In this document: positions 18,612-27,450 of the stretch, piece by piece
Numbering within the stretch: position 1 is the first letter of the stretch
Layout: every line of letters begins with the position of its first letter
NCBI GenBank assembly: GCA_022844165.1
Contig: JALHMH010000004.1
Location: 96,001-160,000, forward strand
DNA: 64,000 nucleotides
Reading direction: 5' to 3'
DNA from: Lysobacterales bacterium
Lineage (GTDB): Bacteria; Pseudomonadota; Gammaproteobacteria; Xanthomonadales; SZUA-5
Notes under the pieces: model-generated
The model's input: the letters and a program-made list of their open reading frames with translations, nothing else
Database searches by the model: none
What the model was told of the DNA's origin: nothing
Made by a program: the position numbers and the translations under genes

Positions 18612-20048
18612 ATGGCGCACGCAACTGAGAAGGTCGCCTACAACGATCGGGTGGTGATGCAGTTTGCAGTCGCCACACTGATCTGGGGCATCGTCGGAAT
18701 GGCGGTTGGATTGCTGATCGCCGCACAGCTGGCCTGGCCGGTTCTGAATTTCGACATTCCATGGTTGACGTATTCGCGACTCCGGCCGCTGCACACCAAT
18801 GCGGTGATTTTTGCGTTCGGCGGATGTGCGCTTTTTGCGACCAGTTATTACTGCGTACAGCGTACGTCGCACGCGAAACTCTTCGGTGGAAAGCTCGCCG
18901 AGTGGACCTTCTGGGGCTGGCAGTTGGTCATCCTGCTCGCCGCGATCACGTTGCCGCTCGGAATTACGCAAGGTAAGGAATACGCCGAACTGGCGTGGCC
19001 TATCGATATCCTGATTGCGGTCGTCTGGGTGTCCTATGGTGTGGTGTTTTTTGGAACCATCGCCAAACGCAAGGTAGAACACATTTACGTTGCGAATTGG
19101 TTTTTTGCGGCGTTCATCATCACCGTCGCGGTGCTGCATATCGTCAACTCGCTGGCGCTGCCAACGAGTCTCTGGCACAGCTATCCGGTGTATTCGGGTG
19201 CAGTCGATGCGATGGTGCAATGGTGGTACGGACACAACGCGGTCGGCTTCTTCTTGACCGCAGGTTTTCTCGGCATCATGTACTACTTCGTGCCCAAACA
19301 AGCGGGCTTGCCGATCTACAGCTATCGACTGTCGATCGTGCATTTTTGGTCGCTGATCGCGATCTACATGTGGGCTGGTCCGCACCATCTGCAATACACG
19401 TCGTTACCCGATTGGGCGCAGTCGCTTGGCATGGTGTTTTCTCTGATCCTGCTGGCGCCGAGCTGGGGCGGCATGATCAACGGCATCATGACCTTGTCGG
19501 GCGCATGGCACAAACTGCGCGACGATCCCATCTTGAAGTTCCTCATCGTCAGCTTGTCCTTCTACGGCATGAGTACCTTCGAGGGACCGATGATGTCGAT
19601 CAAGAGCGTTAACGCGCTATCGCATTACACCGATTGGACGATCGGCCATGTGCATTCCGGCGCATTGGGTTGGGTTGCGATGATTTCGATCGGTGCGTTG
19701 TACATGCTCTATCCACGCCTCCTTGGGCTAAAAGGGATGTACAGCACCCGCGCCATTGAATGGCACTTTTGGATCATGACCATAGGCGTTGTTTTGTACG
19801 CCGTGTCGATGTGGGTGTCGGGCATCGCGCAAGGGCTCATGTGGCGTGCAACCAATGAAGACGGCACCTTGACCTACACCTTCATCGAAGCGCTGAAGTT
19901 CACATATCCGTACTACTACATTCGGTTCTTCGGCGGGTTCTTGGTGGTGTGCGGCATGCTCTTGATGGCCTGGAATACGTGGAAAACCTTCGCCATGGCG
20001 AAAGGCGCTACGCGGCAAACAACGATCCTCACCGAACAGGTTGCTTGA
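18612..20048 (+). CDS. ccoN: cbb3-type cytochrome c oxidase subunit I
   Basis: [35 protein letters not shown]; RBS AAGGAGG. Confidence 0.98.
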   Translation: MAHATEKVAYNDRVVMQFAVATLIWGIVGMAVGLLIAAQLAWPVLNFDIPWLTYSRLRPLHTNAVIFAFGGCALFATSYYCVQRTSHAKLFGGKLAEWTFWGWQLVILLAAITLPLGITQGKEYAELAWPIDILIAVVWVSYGVVFFGTIAKRKVEHIYVANWFFAAFIITVAVLHIVNSLALPTSLWHSYPVYSGAVDAMVQWWYGHNAVGFFLTAGFLGIMYYFVPKQAGLPIYSYRLSIVHFWSLIAIYMWAGPHHLQYTSLPDWAQSLGMVFSLILLAPSWGGMINGIMTLSGAWHKLRDDPILKFLIVSLSFYGMSTFEGPMMSIKSVNALSHYTDWTIGHVHSGALGWVAMISIGALYMLYPRLLGLKGMYSTRAIEWHFWIMTIGVVLYAVSMWVSGIAQGLMWRATNEDGTLTYTFIEALKFTYPYYYIRFFGGFLVVCGMLLMAWNTWKTFAMAKGATRQTTILTEQVA

Positions 20049-20051
20049 ACC

Positions 20052-20693
20052 ATGAATCACGAAAAGTTCGAGAAGAGCATTCTGCGCTTGGGCATTGCTG
20101 TGGCGATCGTGATCAGCTTCGGCGGGCTCGCACAAATTCTGCCGCTGATGTACGAGGCGCAGATCATCGAGCCGATGGCTGACATGAAACCGCGTACTGC
20201 ATTAGAGCAAGCGGGATTCGACATCTACATTCGCGAAGGTTGCTACAACTGCCACTCACAGCAAGTGCGCACGCTGCGTGCAGAAGTGGCGCGTTATGGG
20301 CACCATTCTCTGGCAGCCGAAAGTGTGTACGACCGGCCCTTCCAGTGGGGTAGTAAACGCACCGGACCGGATCTGGCGCGTGTGGGTGGCCGCTATAGCG
20401 ATGAGTGGCACCGCGTACATCTGCTGAATCCGCGCGATGTGGTGCCGGAGTCGAATATGCCGGGTTACCCATGGCTGGCAAAAAACCTCGTGGATGCAGA
20501 ACAAACCGAGGCGAACTTGCGCGGATTGCGCATGTTGGGCCATCCATACAGCGATGAAGACGTCGCTGCGGCTGCGGCGTTGGCGTCGAAGACCGAAATG
20601 GACGCCATGGTCGCTTATCTGCAGAGTCTTGGGCGATATGCGCCGAAGGTAGAGACTCTGACTCAGACCGCAACGGGAGGGGCATCGGAATGA
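20052..20693 (+). CDS. ccoO: cbb3-type oxidase subunit II
   Basis: [29 protein letters not shown]. Confidence 0.97.
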   Translation: MNHEKFEKSILRLGIAVAIVISFGGLAQILPLMYEAQIIEPMADMKPRTALEQAGFDIYIREGCYNCHSQQVRTLRAEVARYGHHSLAAESVYDRPFQWGSKRTGPDLARVGGRYSDEWHRVHLLNPRDVVPESNMPGYPWLAKNLVDAEQTEANLRGLRMLGHPYSDEDVAAAAALASKTEMDAMVAYLQSLGRYAPKVETLTQTATGGASE

Positions 20694-20827
20694 GCCTTTC
20701 AACCTTATTCGGCTTGATCACGGCGGCCAGCTTTGTTGCCTTTCTTCTGGTCATCGCTTATGCCCTGGTGTTGCCAAAGCACACCATCGATCGTGTTTCG
20801 AAACTGCCGCTGGAGGATGGTCCATGA
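20690..20827 (+). CDS. ccoQ: cbb3-type oxidase subunit IV (45 aa, not in the ORF track)
   Basis: [26 protein letters not shown]...KLPLEDGP; one TM segment plus LPLED tail; ATGA overlaps with ccoO and ccoP. Confidence 0.85.
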   Translation: MSLSTLFGLITAASFVAFLLVIAYALVLPKHTIDRVSKLPLEDGP

Positions 20828-21753
20828 GCTTCGGATGGAGCGTATTTGTCATTGTCCTCACGCTGATCACGGTGCTTGGCAGCCTGTGGCTGTTGTTCGC
20901 CACTGCGCACGTCGAAAAGTCTAAAACCGGTGATGAGACTACCGGACACGTTTGGGACGGCGATCTGCGCGAATACAACAAGCCGCTGCCGCGTTGGTGG
21001 TTGTGGCTTTTCATCGCGACGATTGTGTTCTCCGCAGGATATGTTGCTGTGTTCCCTGGCTTTGGCTCGTTGCCGGGAACTTTCGGATGGACCTCCGATG
21101 GCGAACTGCGCGAAGAGTTGCGCGTCCATGAAGAGCGGGCACGTGCGATTTTTGCGGAGTTTGCGACTCAGCCAATCGAGGCATTAGTGAACAATCCGCG
21201 AGCGCAACAAATGGGCCGCAACTTGTACGCCACCCACTGCACTGGCTGTCACGGCGCGGACGCGCGCGGCAATCGTGGATTTCCGAACCTCACGGATACC
21301 GACTGGCAATGGGGCGGTGATGCCGCGTCGGTGGTCAAGACCATCAATGAGGGAAGAATTGCCGCAATGCCCGGGTGGCGAGACGCCTTGGGCGGCGACG
21401 CCGGTGTAACGGCGATGGTTGAATACGTTAAGTCGTTGTCCAATCGCAGCCATAATCCGCGTCTGGCTGCGGAAGCCAAGCCCAAATACGACATGTTATG
21501 TGTTGCCTGCCATGGCTCCAAAGGTGAGGGCAATATCGCACTCGGATCGCCGCATCTGAACGATCCTGTTTGGCTGTATGGCGGCGAGACGGAAGCAATA
21601 TTCCAGAGCATCGCCGTTGGCCGCAATGGCAACATGCCGGCGCATGGCTGGTTGGGCGAAGATCGGATTCGTGTGATCGCTTCCTGGGTCATGGCGCAGG
21701 CGGTATCGACAGAACCAGTGGTGCCGACAGCCGCGGCGGCGGGCGGCAATTGA
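20824..21753 (+). CDS. ccoP: cbb3-type oxidase subunit III (diheme)
   Basis: TTGHVWDG, EYNKPLPRWW, CTGCH, CVACH. Confidence 0.97.
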   Translation: MSFGWSVFVIVLTLITVLGSLWLLFATAHVEKSKTGDETTGHVWDGDLREYNKPLPRWWLWLFIATIVFSAGYVAVFPGFGSLPGTFGWTSDGELREELRVHEERARAIFAEFATQPIEALVNNPRAQQMGRNLYATHCTGCHGADARGNRGFPNLTDTDWQWGGDAASVVKTINEGRIAAMPGWRDALGGDAGVTAMVEYVKSLSNRSHNPRLAAEAKPKYDMLCVACHGSKGEGNIALGSPHLNDPVWLYGGETEAIFQSIAVGRNGNMPAHGWLGEDRIRVIASWVMAQAVSTEPVVPTAAAAGGN

Positions 21754-21995
21754 TGGCCACCGAAGCGGCGGTTTGGCGTTGGGGAGCGGTACTCTGGCCG
21801 TCGTTTTTTGCGGCCGGTGTGATGACCGCCGTCTTCTTTGCCTTGATCGATCCGTTGGACTTGAATGCCATCAGTGCACTGCCGATCGAAGTGACGCGCG
21901 AGCAGGGTTATACGATCGGCTTTTTCATGTTCTGGATTGGCGCCGCCAGTTCATCGTGGTTCACCGCGCTGCTGTTGAAGAAGCACGATGAGTGA
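21753..21995 (+). CDS. Small two-TM protein of cco clusters
   Basis: VLWPSFFAAG...FFALIDP...YTIGFFMFW; translationally coupled between ccoP and ccoG. Confidence 0.75.
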   Translation: MATEAAVWRWGAVLWPSFFAAGVMTAVFFALIDPLDLNAISALPIEVTREQGYTIGFFMFWIGAASSSWFTALLLKKHDE

Positions 21996-23379
21996 CGATC
22001 TGGTTTTTCTTTACGAGCGCGCGGCGAAGATCTACCCGCGTGCGATTGATGGGCGTTTTCAGAAGCTGCGCAAGGCGGCGGTGTTCTGGCTGCTCGGTAT
22101 GTACTACCTGTTTCCATGGCTCAATTGGGACGGGCGGCAAATGGTGTTATTCGACCTCCCGGCGCGCAAGTTTTATGTCTTCAGCTGGGTCGTTTGGCCG
22201 CAAGACTTCATTTTCCTTGCCGCGTTCCTCATCGCTTGTGCGTTGAGTTTGTTTTTCTTCACAGCACTGGCTGGTCGGCTCTGGTGCGGGTATGCGTGCC
22301 CACAAACGGTGTGGACCGAAGTGTTCTTGTGGATCGAACACCACACTGAGGGTGATCGCAACGCGCGCATGCGGCTCGACAAGGTGCCGATGTCGCTGCG
22401 CAAGTTCCGCATCAAAGCGAGCAAACAACTGCTTTGGATCGGGCTTGCGCTTTGGACAGGCTTTACCTTTGTCGGGTTCTTCACCCCGATTCGCCAGCTG
22501 GCGCTCGACTTTCCGCTGCAATGGGACCTGACGCGGTGGTTTTGGGTACTGTTCTACGGCGGCGCAACTTATGCCAATGCGGCGTATCTGCGCGAACAGG
22601 TATGCAAATACATGTGCCCATACGCGCGATTTCAGAGCGCCATGCTCGATCGCGACAGCCTCATCATCAGCTACGACGAATCCCGCGGCGAACCGCGTGG
22701 CGCGCGTCGCCGCGATGTTCCGGATCGCGCCAGTCGGCTGCAGGAGGGCAGCACTCCCAGCACTGCAGAATTGGGCGATTGCATCGAGTGCAAAGCCTGC
22801 GTGTTGGTCTGCCCGACTGGCATCGACATTCGCAAAGGCTTGCAATACGAGTGCATCGGCTGCGCGGCGTGTATCGATGCGTGCGACGAAGTGATGGACA
22901 AAGTGGGTTATCCGCGTGGTCTGGTACGCTATAGCACCGAGAACGCGATGCAGGGAAAAGCGTCCAGGCTGCTCCGGCCCCGGGTCATCATTTACGGAAT
23001 GATCTTATTTGCCCTGTGCGCGTCTGTGTTGCTTGGCGTTTTGCTGCGCAAGCCGGTGATCATGGATGTCATTCGCGATCGCGGTGCGTTGTATCGCTTT
23101 GCCAATGACGGCCGGGTCGAAAACGCCTACCAGGTCAAGCTCATTCATCAACGCGAGGAACCGGGCGTCTATGAGCTGCGTGTATTGACGCCAGGATTTG
23201 AGCTCGTTGCGCCGGCGCGAATTGAGGTGACTGCTGGTCAGGTGCGTAACCTGGCGGTGACGCTGCGCCAACCAGAAGAAGCGGCGCGCGGTGCGAAGGA
23301 TGTTGTGCTTGAGGTGATTGACGTTGCCGATCCGACGTTGCGCGTGCAGGAGCGAACGCGATTTTTCGGGCCAGGTTGA
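21988..23379 (+). CDS. ccoG: Cytochrome oxidase accessory Fe-S protein CcoG
   Basis: GRLWCGYACPQT, CKYMCPY, CIECKACVLVCP, CIGCAACIDAC. Confidence 0.96.
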   Translation: MSDDLVFLYERAAKIYPRAIDGRFQKLRKAAVFWLLGMYYLFPWLNWDGRQMVLFDLPARKFYVFSWVVWPQDFIFLAAFLIACALSLFFFTALAGRLWCGYACPQTVWTEVFLWIEHHTEGDRNARMRLDKVPMSLRKFRIKASKQLLWIGLALWTGFTFVGFFTPIRQLALDFPLQWDLTRWFWVLFYGGATYANAAYLREQVCKYMCPYARFQSAMLDRDSLIISYDESRGEPRGARRRDVPDRASRLQEGSTPSTAELGDCIECKACVLVCPTGIDIRKGLQYECIGCAACIDACDEVMDKVGYPRGLVRYSTENAMQGKASRLLRPRVIIYGMILFALCASVLLGVLLRKPVIMDVIRDRGALYRFANDGRVENAYQVKLIHQREEPGVYELRVLTPGFELVAPARIEVTAGQVRNLAVTLRQPEEAARGAKDVVLEVIDVADPTLRVQERTRFFGPG

Positions 23380-23456
23380 AGTCCGGAGCGGTCGTTGGAT
23401 ACGAGCCGATCAGCGACAATCAGCATGCCCGGTGTCTGGCGCAGATCGCTGGGGAA

Positions 23457-23470
23457 TTGACCGGCGTCAA
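23457..23470 (+). promoter_or_regulatory. Second FNR-type palindrome, upstream of ccoH
   Basis: TTGAC-CGGC-GTCAA in the ~150-nt ccoG-ccoH gap. Confidence 0.55.
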
Positions 23471-23531
23471 TCAGGCCGCGCCGACGACGGTAGACCATAT
23501 GCGGACTGTTGGCGCAGCCGGAGGGTCCGAG

Positions 23532-23984
23532 TTGAAAAATATCGCAATCGTCATCGCACTGGTGCTGCCGCTAATCATCGCCGTTGGTGGCGGCATGGTG
23601 ACTTTGTTCCTCGCGCTGAACTACGGCGACAAGCCATTGCCGGTTGCGATCCACAAAAAGGGTCCGGTGCAATTCGGCACTGCCAAAGCGACCGAGCGAG
23701 CGACAGAGCAGGCACTCAGCGGCGATCTGTCCTGGGATGATCAACGGATCCATCTGCGTCTGCCCGGTGTAAGCGACCAAACGCTCCGTTTGCTGCTGTG
23801 GCATCGAACGGCCGGGTCACCGGATCGCAGGATCGAATTGACGTCAGTCGCCCCGGGCGAGTACGTCGGAATTGGTGAGCGGCCTTCCCAGGCCTGGCAG
23901 GCGTTGGTTGAGCCGATCGATCGCCGTTTCGCTCTTCAGGCTCCGCGTATCGTCGACCGCACAATTCTTGAGCCGATGCCATGA
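23532..23984 (+). CDS. ccoH: FixH/CcoH family protein
   Basis: N-terminal TM (LPLIIAVGGGMVTLFLAL), LLLWH..DRRIEL...GEY; position between ccoG and ccoI; TTG start inferred after GAGGG. Confidence 0.7.
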   Translation: MKNIAIVIALVLPLIIAVGGGMVTLFLALNYGDKPLPVAIHKKGPVQFGTAKATERATEQALSGDLSWDDQRIHLRLPGVSDQTLRLLLWHRTAGSPDRRIELTSVAPGEYVGIGERPSQAWQALVEPIDRRFALQAPRIVDRTILEPMP

Positions 23985-26224
23985 AAGCGCTGGCGTCCTG
24001 CTGCGTGCACTGTGGAGCGCCGAGCACCAGCGCCTTCTGCTGCACTGGCTGTGAGGCAGCTGCCTCGCTGCTGAGCGCAGTTGCGTCTGGTGCGGGAAGT
24101 GCGCGCGCGCGCGATACCAGTGTGCGGCAAGCGGTGGTGTTGGCTGTGCCGACGATCAGTTGCGGCGCATGCGCGGCTGCGATCGAACGCGCGCTCATGC
24201 CGCTTGCGAGCGAGTTGGACGCGCTGCAGGTGGAAGTCGCAAAACGCCAGGTGCGGTTGCGGGTGAGCGAATCGAATCTGCCGTTGGTTATGCAAACACT
24301 GGCCAACGCAGGTCATCCTGCAACGCCCATCGGCGCTGCTGCCAAAGACGAACGCAGCGCCGAGCGCAGTGAGTGGCTGCGTTTGGGCGTCGCCTGGTTT
24401 GCGTTGATGCAAGGCATGATGTTCACGGAGGCGTTGTATTGGGGCCAGGGCGAAATGGAACTGCCGGTCCGCGACGGCTTTCGCTGGCTGGCATTCCTGA
24501 TCACGTCGATCTCGATTGCCTATGCAGGCAGCCCGTTTCTGCGCGGCGCCATGGGCGAGCTTGGTGCTCGCCGCATCGGTATGGATTTCCTGATCTCCAT
24601 ATCCGTGCTGCTTGCGTATGGCGTCAGCGTGCTCGAGACGTTCCGCGGTGGCGATGTGGTTTATTACGACGCTGCGCTCATGTTTGTTGCTTTTTTGCTC
24701 ACAGCGCGCACGATCGAGGCACGCGCCACGCGCAGCGCACGGCGGCGCATCGAAGCGCTCAGCGCACCGTTGCCGGAGACGGTCATGCGTTGGCGCCAAA
24801 CAGAGTGGATCGCAACGCCGCTGGCAGCAATTCGGATTGGCGATGAGTTGCATCTGGACGCTGGCGCTGTGGTTCCGGTGGACGGGCTGTTGGTGATGGC
24901 CGCGGAAGTCGACGAATCGTCGCTGACAGGCGAAGCGCATGCGATCTTTCAGCCGGCGGGCGCCCGGATATACGCCGGTAGCCGGGCGGTGACCGCGTTG
25001 CGCGTTCGCGTGAGTGAAGTCGTCGAGCGCAGCACACGCGCACAACTGGCACGAATTGCCGCCGAGGCGCTCGCAGATCGACCGCCCTGGCTCGCGGCCG
25101 GCGAACGTTATGCGGGTGTTTTCACGGTGACGATGTTGGGTCTGGCGATCGCCAGTTTTGCGCTATTGAGTCTGTCCGGAAGCGACCGTGGTTTGCCCAC
25201 CGCATTGGCGGTACTGGCTGCCAGTTGTCCATGCGCATTTGCGCTCGCGTTGCCGGCCGCACTCGCTGCAGCCCAATCATCGTTGGCAGGGGCTGGCATG
25301 TTGCTCAAACGCGGCTCGGCACTGGCTGCACTGGCAGACGTGCACCTGTTATGTAGCGACAAAACCGGCACGCTGACTGCTGCCCGGTCGACGCTACGCG
25401 ACGTTCAGCTGGTTGCAGATGTGCCGCGTGAACGGGTTTTGGCGATCGCCGCTGCGCTGGAGCGCGATGTGACGCATCCGCTGGCGGAGGCATTTGCGCC
25501 CTACGATCAGCATATCGAGCGGCACGACCACAGCGTTGCCTTGGGCGCCGGTCCCTCGGCTTTGATCGATGGCCAGCGTTGGTCGTTGCAGGCCCATCGG
25601 GAGCGTGTTGCGCTGTTTCGTGGCGAGCAACCTGTCGCACAGTTTGTGATCGACGATCCGGAACGACCTGGTGTTCGATCTTTGCTGCAAGGTTGCGCAG
25701 ATCGAGGCATTGAGGTCGCACTTCTGAGTGGCGACGCGCCATCGCGGGTCGCGGAGTTTGCGGCAGGGTTGGGTTTGCGCAATGCCCATGGTGGCTTGAA
25801 ACCGCAGGATAAGCTCGCCTGGCTACGTGCTCAGTCGGTATCGACAGTGATGTTGGGTGATGGTCTGAACGATGCGCCTGTGCTCGCCGCTGCCACGGTA
25901 TCGGTCGCAATGGGGCAGGGGGCGGGCGATGCGCACCGTGCCGCGGACGTGGTGCTGCTCGGTTCGGATGTGACCAAACTACTGTTTTTGTTCGATTTGG
26001 CGCGGCGCTTGAAGCGCATTGTGCATCAAAACTACGCATGGGCATTGGGTTACCATGCGTTGATGCTGCCACTTGCGTTGTCTGGCGCCATGCCGCCATG
26101 GGCTGCCGCGATCGGCATGGCGGCCAGCTCGCTGATCGTGACGTTGAATGCGCTGCGATTGCGCAGCCCTGGCCAATCAAACTCCATTCTGTTCGATCAT
26201 CCTCCATTGAGCACTGTGCGATGA
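23981..26224 (+). CDS. ccoI: Heavy-metal (Cu) P1B-type ATPase CcoI
   Basis: CVHC/FCCTGC N-terminus, HMA CGAC, TGE, CPC, DKTGT, HP, GDGLND. Confidence 0.92.
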   Translation: MKALASCCVHCGAPSTSAFCCTGCEAAASLLSAVASGAGSARARDTSVRQAVVLAVPTISCGACAAAIERALMPLASELDALQVEVAKRQVRLRVSESNLPLVMQTLANAGHPATPIGAAAKDERSAERSEWLRLGVAWFALMQGMMFTEALYWGQGEMELPVRDGFRWLAFLITSISIAYAGSPFLRGAMGELGARRIGMDFLISISVLLAYGVSVLETFRGGDVVYYDAALMFVAFLLTARTIEARATRSARRRIEALSAPLPETVMRWRQTEWIATPLAAIRIGDELHLDAGAVVPVDGLLVMAAEVDESSLTGEAHAIFQPAGARIYAGSRAVTALRVRVSEVVERSTRAQLARIAAEALADRPPWLAAGERYAGVFTVTMLGLAIASFALLSLSGSDRGLPTALAVLAASCPCAFALALPAALAAAQSSLAGAGMLLKRGSALAALADVHLLCSDKTGTLTAARSTLRDVQLVADVPRERVLAIAAALERDVTHPLAEAFAPYDQHIERHDHSVALGAGPSALIDGQRWSLQAHRERVALFRGEQPVAQFVIDDPERPGVRSLLQGCADRGIEVALLSGDAPSRVAEFAAGLGLRNAHGGLKPQDKLAWLRAQSVSTVMLGDGLNDAPVLAAATVSVAMGQGAGDAHRAADVVLLGSDVTKLLFLFDLARRLKRIVHQNYAWALGYHALMLPLALSGAMPPWAAAIGMAASSLIVTLNALRLRSPGQSNSILFDHPPLSTVR

Positions 26225-26358
26225 ATAGTCTGCTATTCCTGCTTCCGATCAGTGCCTTGCTGGTGGTTGTCGCGCTAAGAGCATTTTGGTGGGCTGTGCA
26301 CAACGAACAATTCGAGAATCTCGACACTGCCGCCAAGAGTGTGCTCGATGATGAGTAG
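26221..26358 (+). CDS. ccoS: cbb3 oxidase maturation protein CcoS
   Basis: MNSLLFLLPIS...FWWAV..EQFENLD. Confidence 0.92.
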   Translation: MNSLLFLLPISALLVVVALRAFWWAVHNEQFENLDTAAKSVLDDE

Positions 26359-26388
26359 CCGCGCGCCAGCGAACCCAAAAGCAAGGGC

Positions 26389-27054
26389 ATGGACAGTCTG
26401 CTTGTCCTGATCTCGGGTCTTGGCCTGGGCGCAATTGCCAGTGGCCATTGTGCGTTGATGTGCGGCGGGTTGGTGGCCAGCTTGCGCTTGTGCAGTGCCC
26501 GTTCTTCGCCGTTGCTGTGGTTGGGTCGACTCATCAGCTACACCGCTCTTGGCGGACTTGCCGGCTCGGTTTTGTCCTGGTTGCCGCGCAGTGAATTGGC
26601 CGCTGATGTGGTGCGAATTGCGTTTGTGCTGTCGATTCTGCTCGCGGTAATCGCATTACGAACGCCTCAGCACTTTGCCTCTCGACAGTTGCGTTCGCAC
26701 GTGGCCGGACCTGCGGGCACGTTCTTTGGCTTTTGGCCCTCGTTTGCGCCACGGGTTCGTGCGCTTGTGGCAAACAACTCGGGTGCAGCTCGCTTCGGCT
26801 TGGGGTTGTTTTGGGGTTTGTTGCCTTGCGCTGCACTGCACACCACCTTGGTTGCGGCGTCGATTAGCGGGAGCGCAAACAACGGCGCGCTACTGCTATT
26901 CGGTTTTGCGGCCGGCACCAGTCCAGTGCTGTGGTGGACCGAACGGCGGTTTGGTCTGCCCATCGCGCATATGCGCTGGGCGTTGTTGCTGCTACCGCTG
27001 CCATTGCTGGCGCATCCAGCCGTGTTGCCGTGGCTGATCGAGTGCGTGAGTTAG
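26389..27054 (+). CDS. DsbD_2/TauE-like membrane protein (cco-associated)
   Basis: HCALMCGG, GRLISY, WGLLPC, FAAGTSP. Confidence 0.85.
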   Translation: MDSLLVLISGLGLGAIASGHCALMCGGLVASLRLCSARSSPLLWLGRLISYTALGGLAGSVLSWLPRSELAADVVRIAFVLSILLAVIALRTPQHFASRQLRSHVAGPAGTFFGFWPSFAPRVRALVANNSGAARFGLGLFWGLLPCAALHTTLVAASISGSANNGALLLFGFAAGTSPVLWWTERRFGLPIAHMRWALLLLPLPLLAHPAVLPWLIECVS

Positions 27055-27078
27055 TCGTCCGTTCCCTGAGTGCTGGCC

Positions 27079-27141
27079 AGGCTTCGCCTCAGACCGACGA
27101 GCATTGCTGGCTTCGTCCGACAGCGTACTCGCCACATCCCC
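27079..27141 (+). repeat. Dispersed intergenic repeat family A, copy 1
   Basis: AGGCTTCGCCTCAGACCGACGAGCATTGCTGGCTTCG; related copies at 27373-27395, 29790-29845, 49806-49869 (-) and a fragment near 17689-17720. Confidence 0.75.
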
Positions 27142-27242
27142 GCGCTACGCATTTCCGGCCCGGCGGCAAAGCCGCCGGTCGTTCGGATCGGCACACGCCT
27201 ATCGGCGTGTAAGCGCCGGTCCTCACCCCCTTGGCTCAAGGA

Positions 27243-27294
27243 GCCGCCGGTCGTTCAAGTCGGCTCGCGGCATGCCGCGAAAGCCACCGACTTT
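27243..27294 (+). repeat. Dispersed intergenic repeat family B, copy 1
   Basis: 42 of 52 positions identical to 49925-49976; partial copy begins at 27171. Confidence 0.7.
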
Positions 27295-27450
27295 CACCCT
27301 CGTCGCGCCTTGCCTGACGCCGAAATCCATCGGAAATATTGTTCAACTTAATGACGGAACACCACACTAGCGAGGCTTTGCCTTAGACCGCCGAGAAGAT
27401 CTGTGACGATGCTTCGACTCTTCACTATGCTCCGCCGGTCTTGATCTCAA

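Noticed and set aside
25305-26534. Long antisense ORFs (for example 409 aa here and 369 aa at 23936-25045)
   Set aside because: Typical high-GC shadow frames opposite well-supported genes, with no recognisable motifs.
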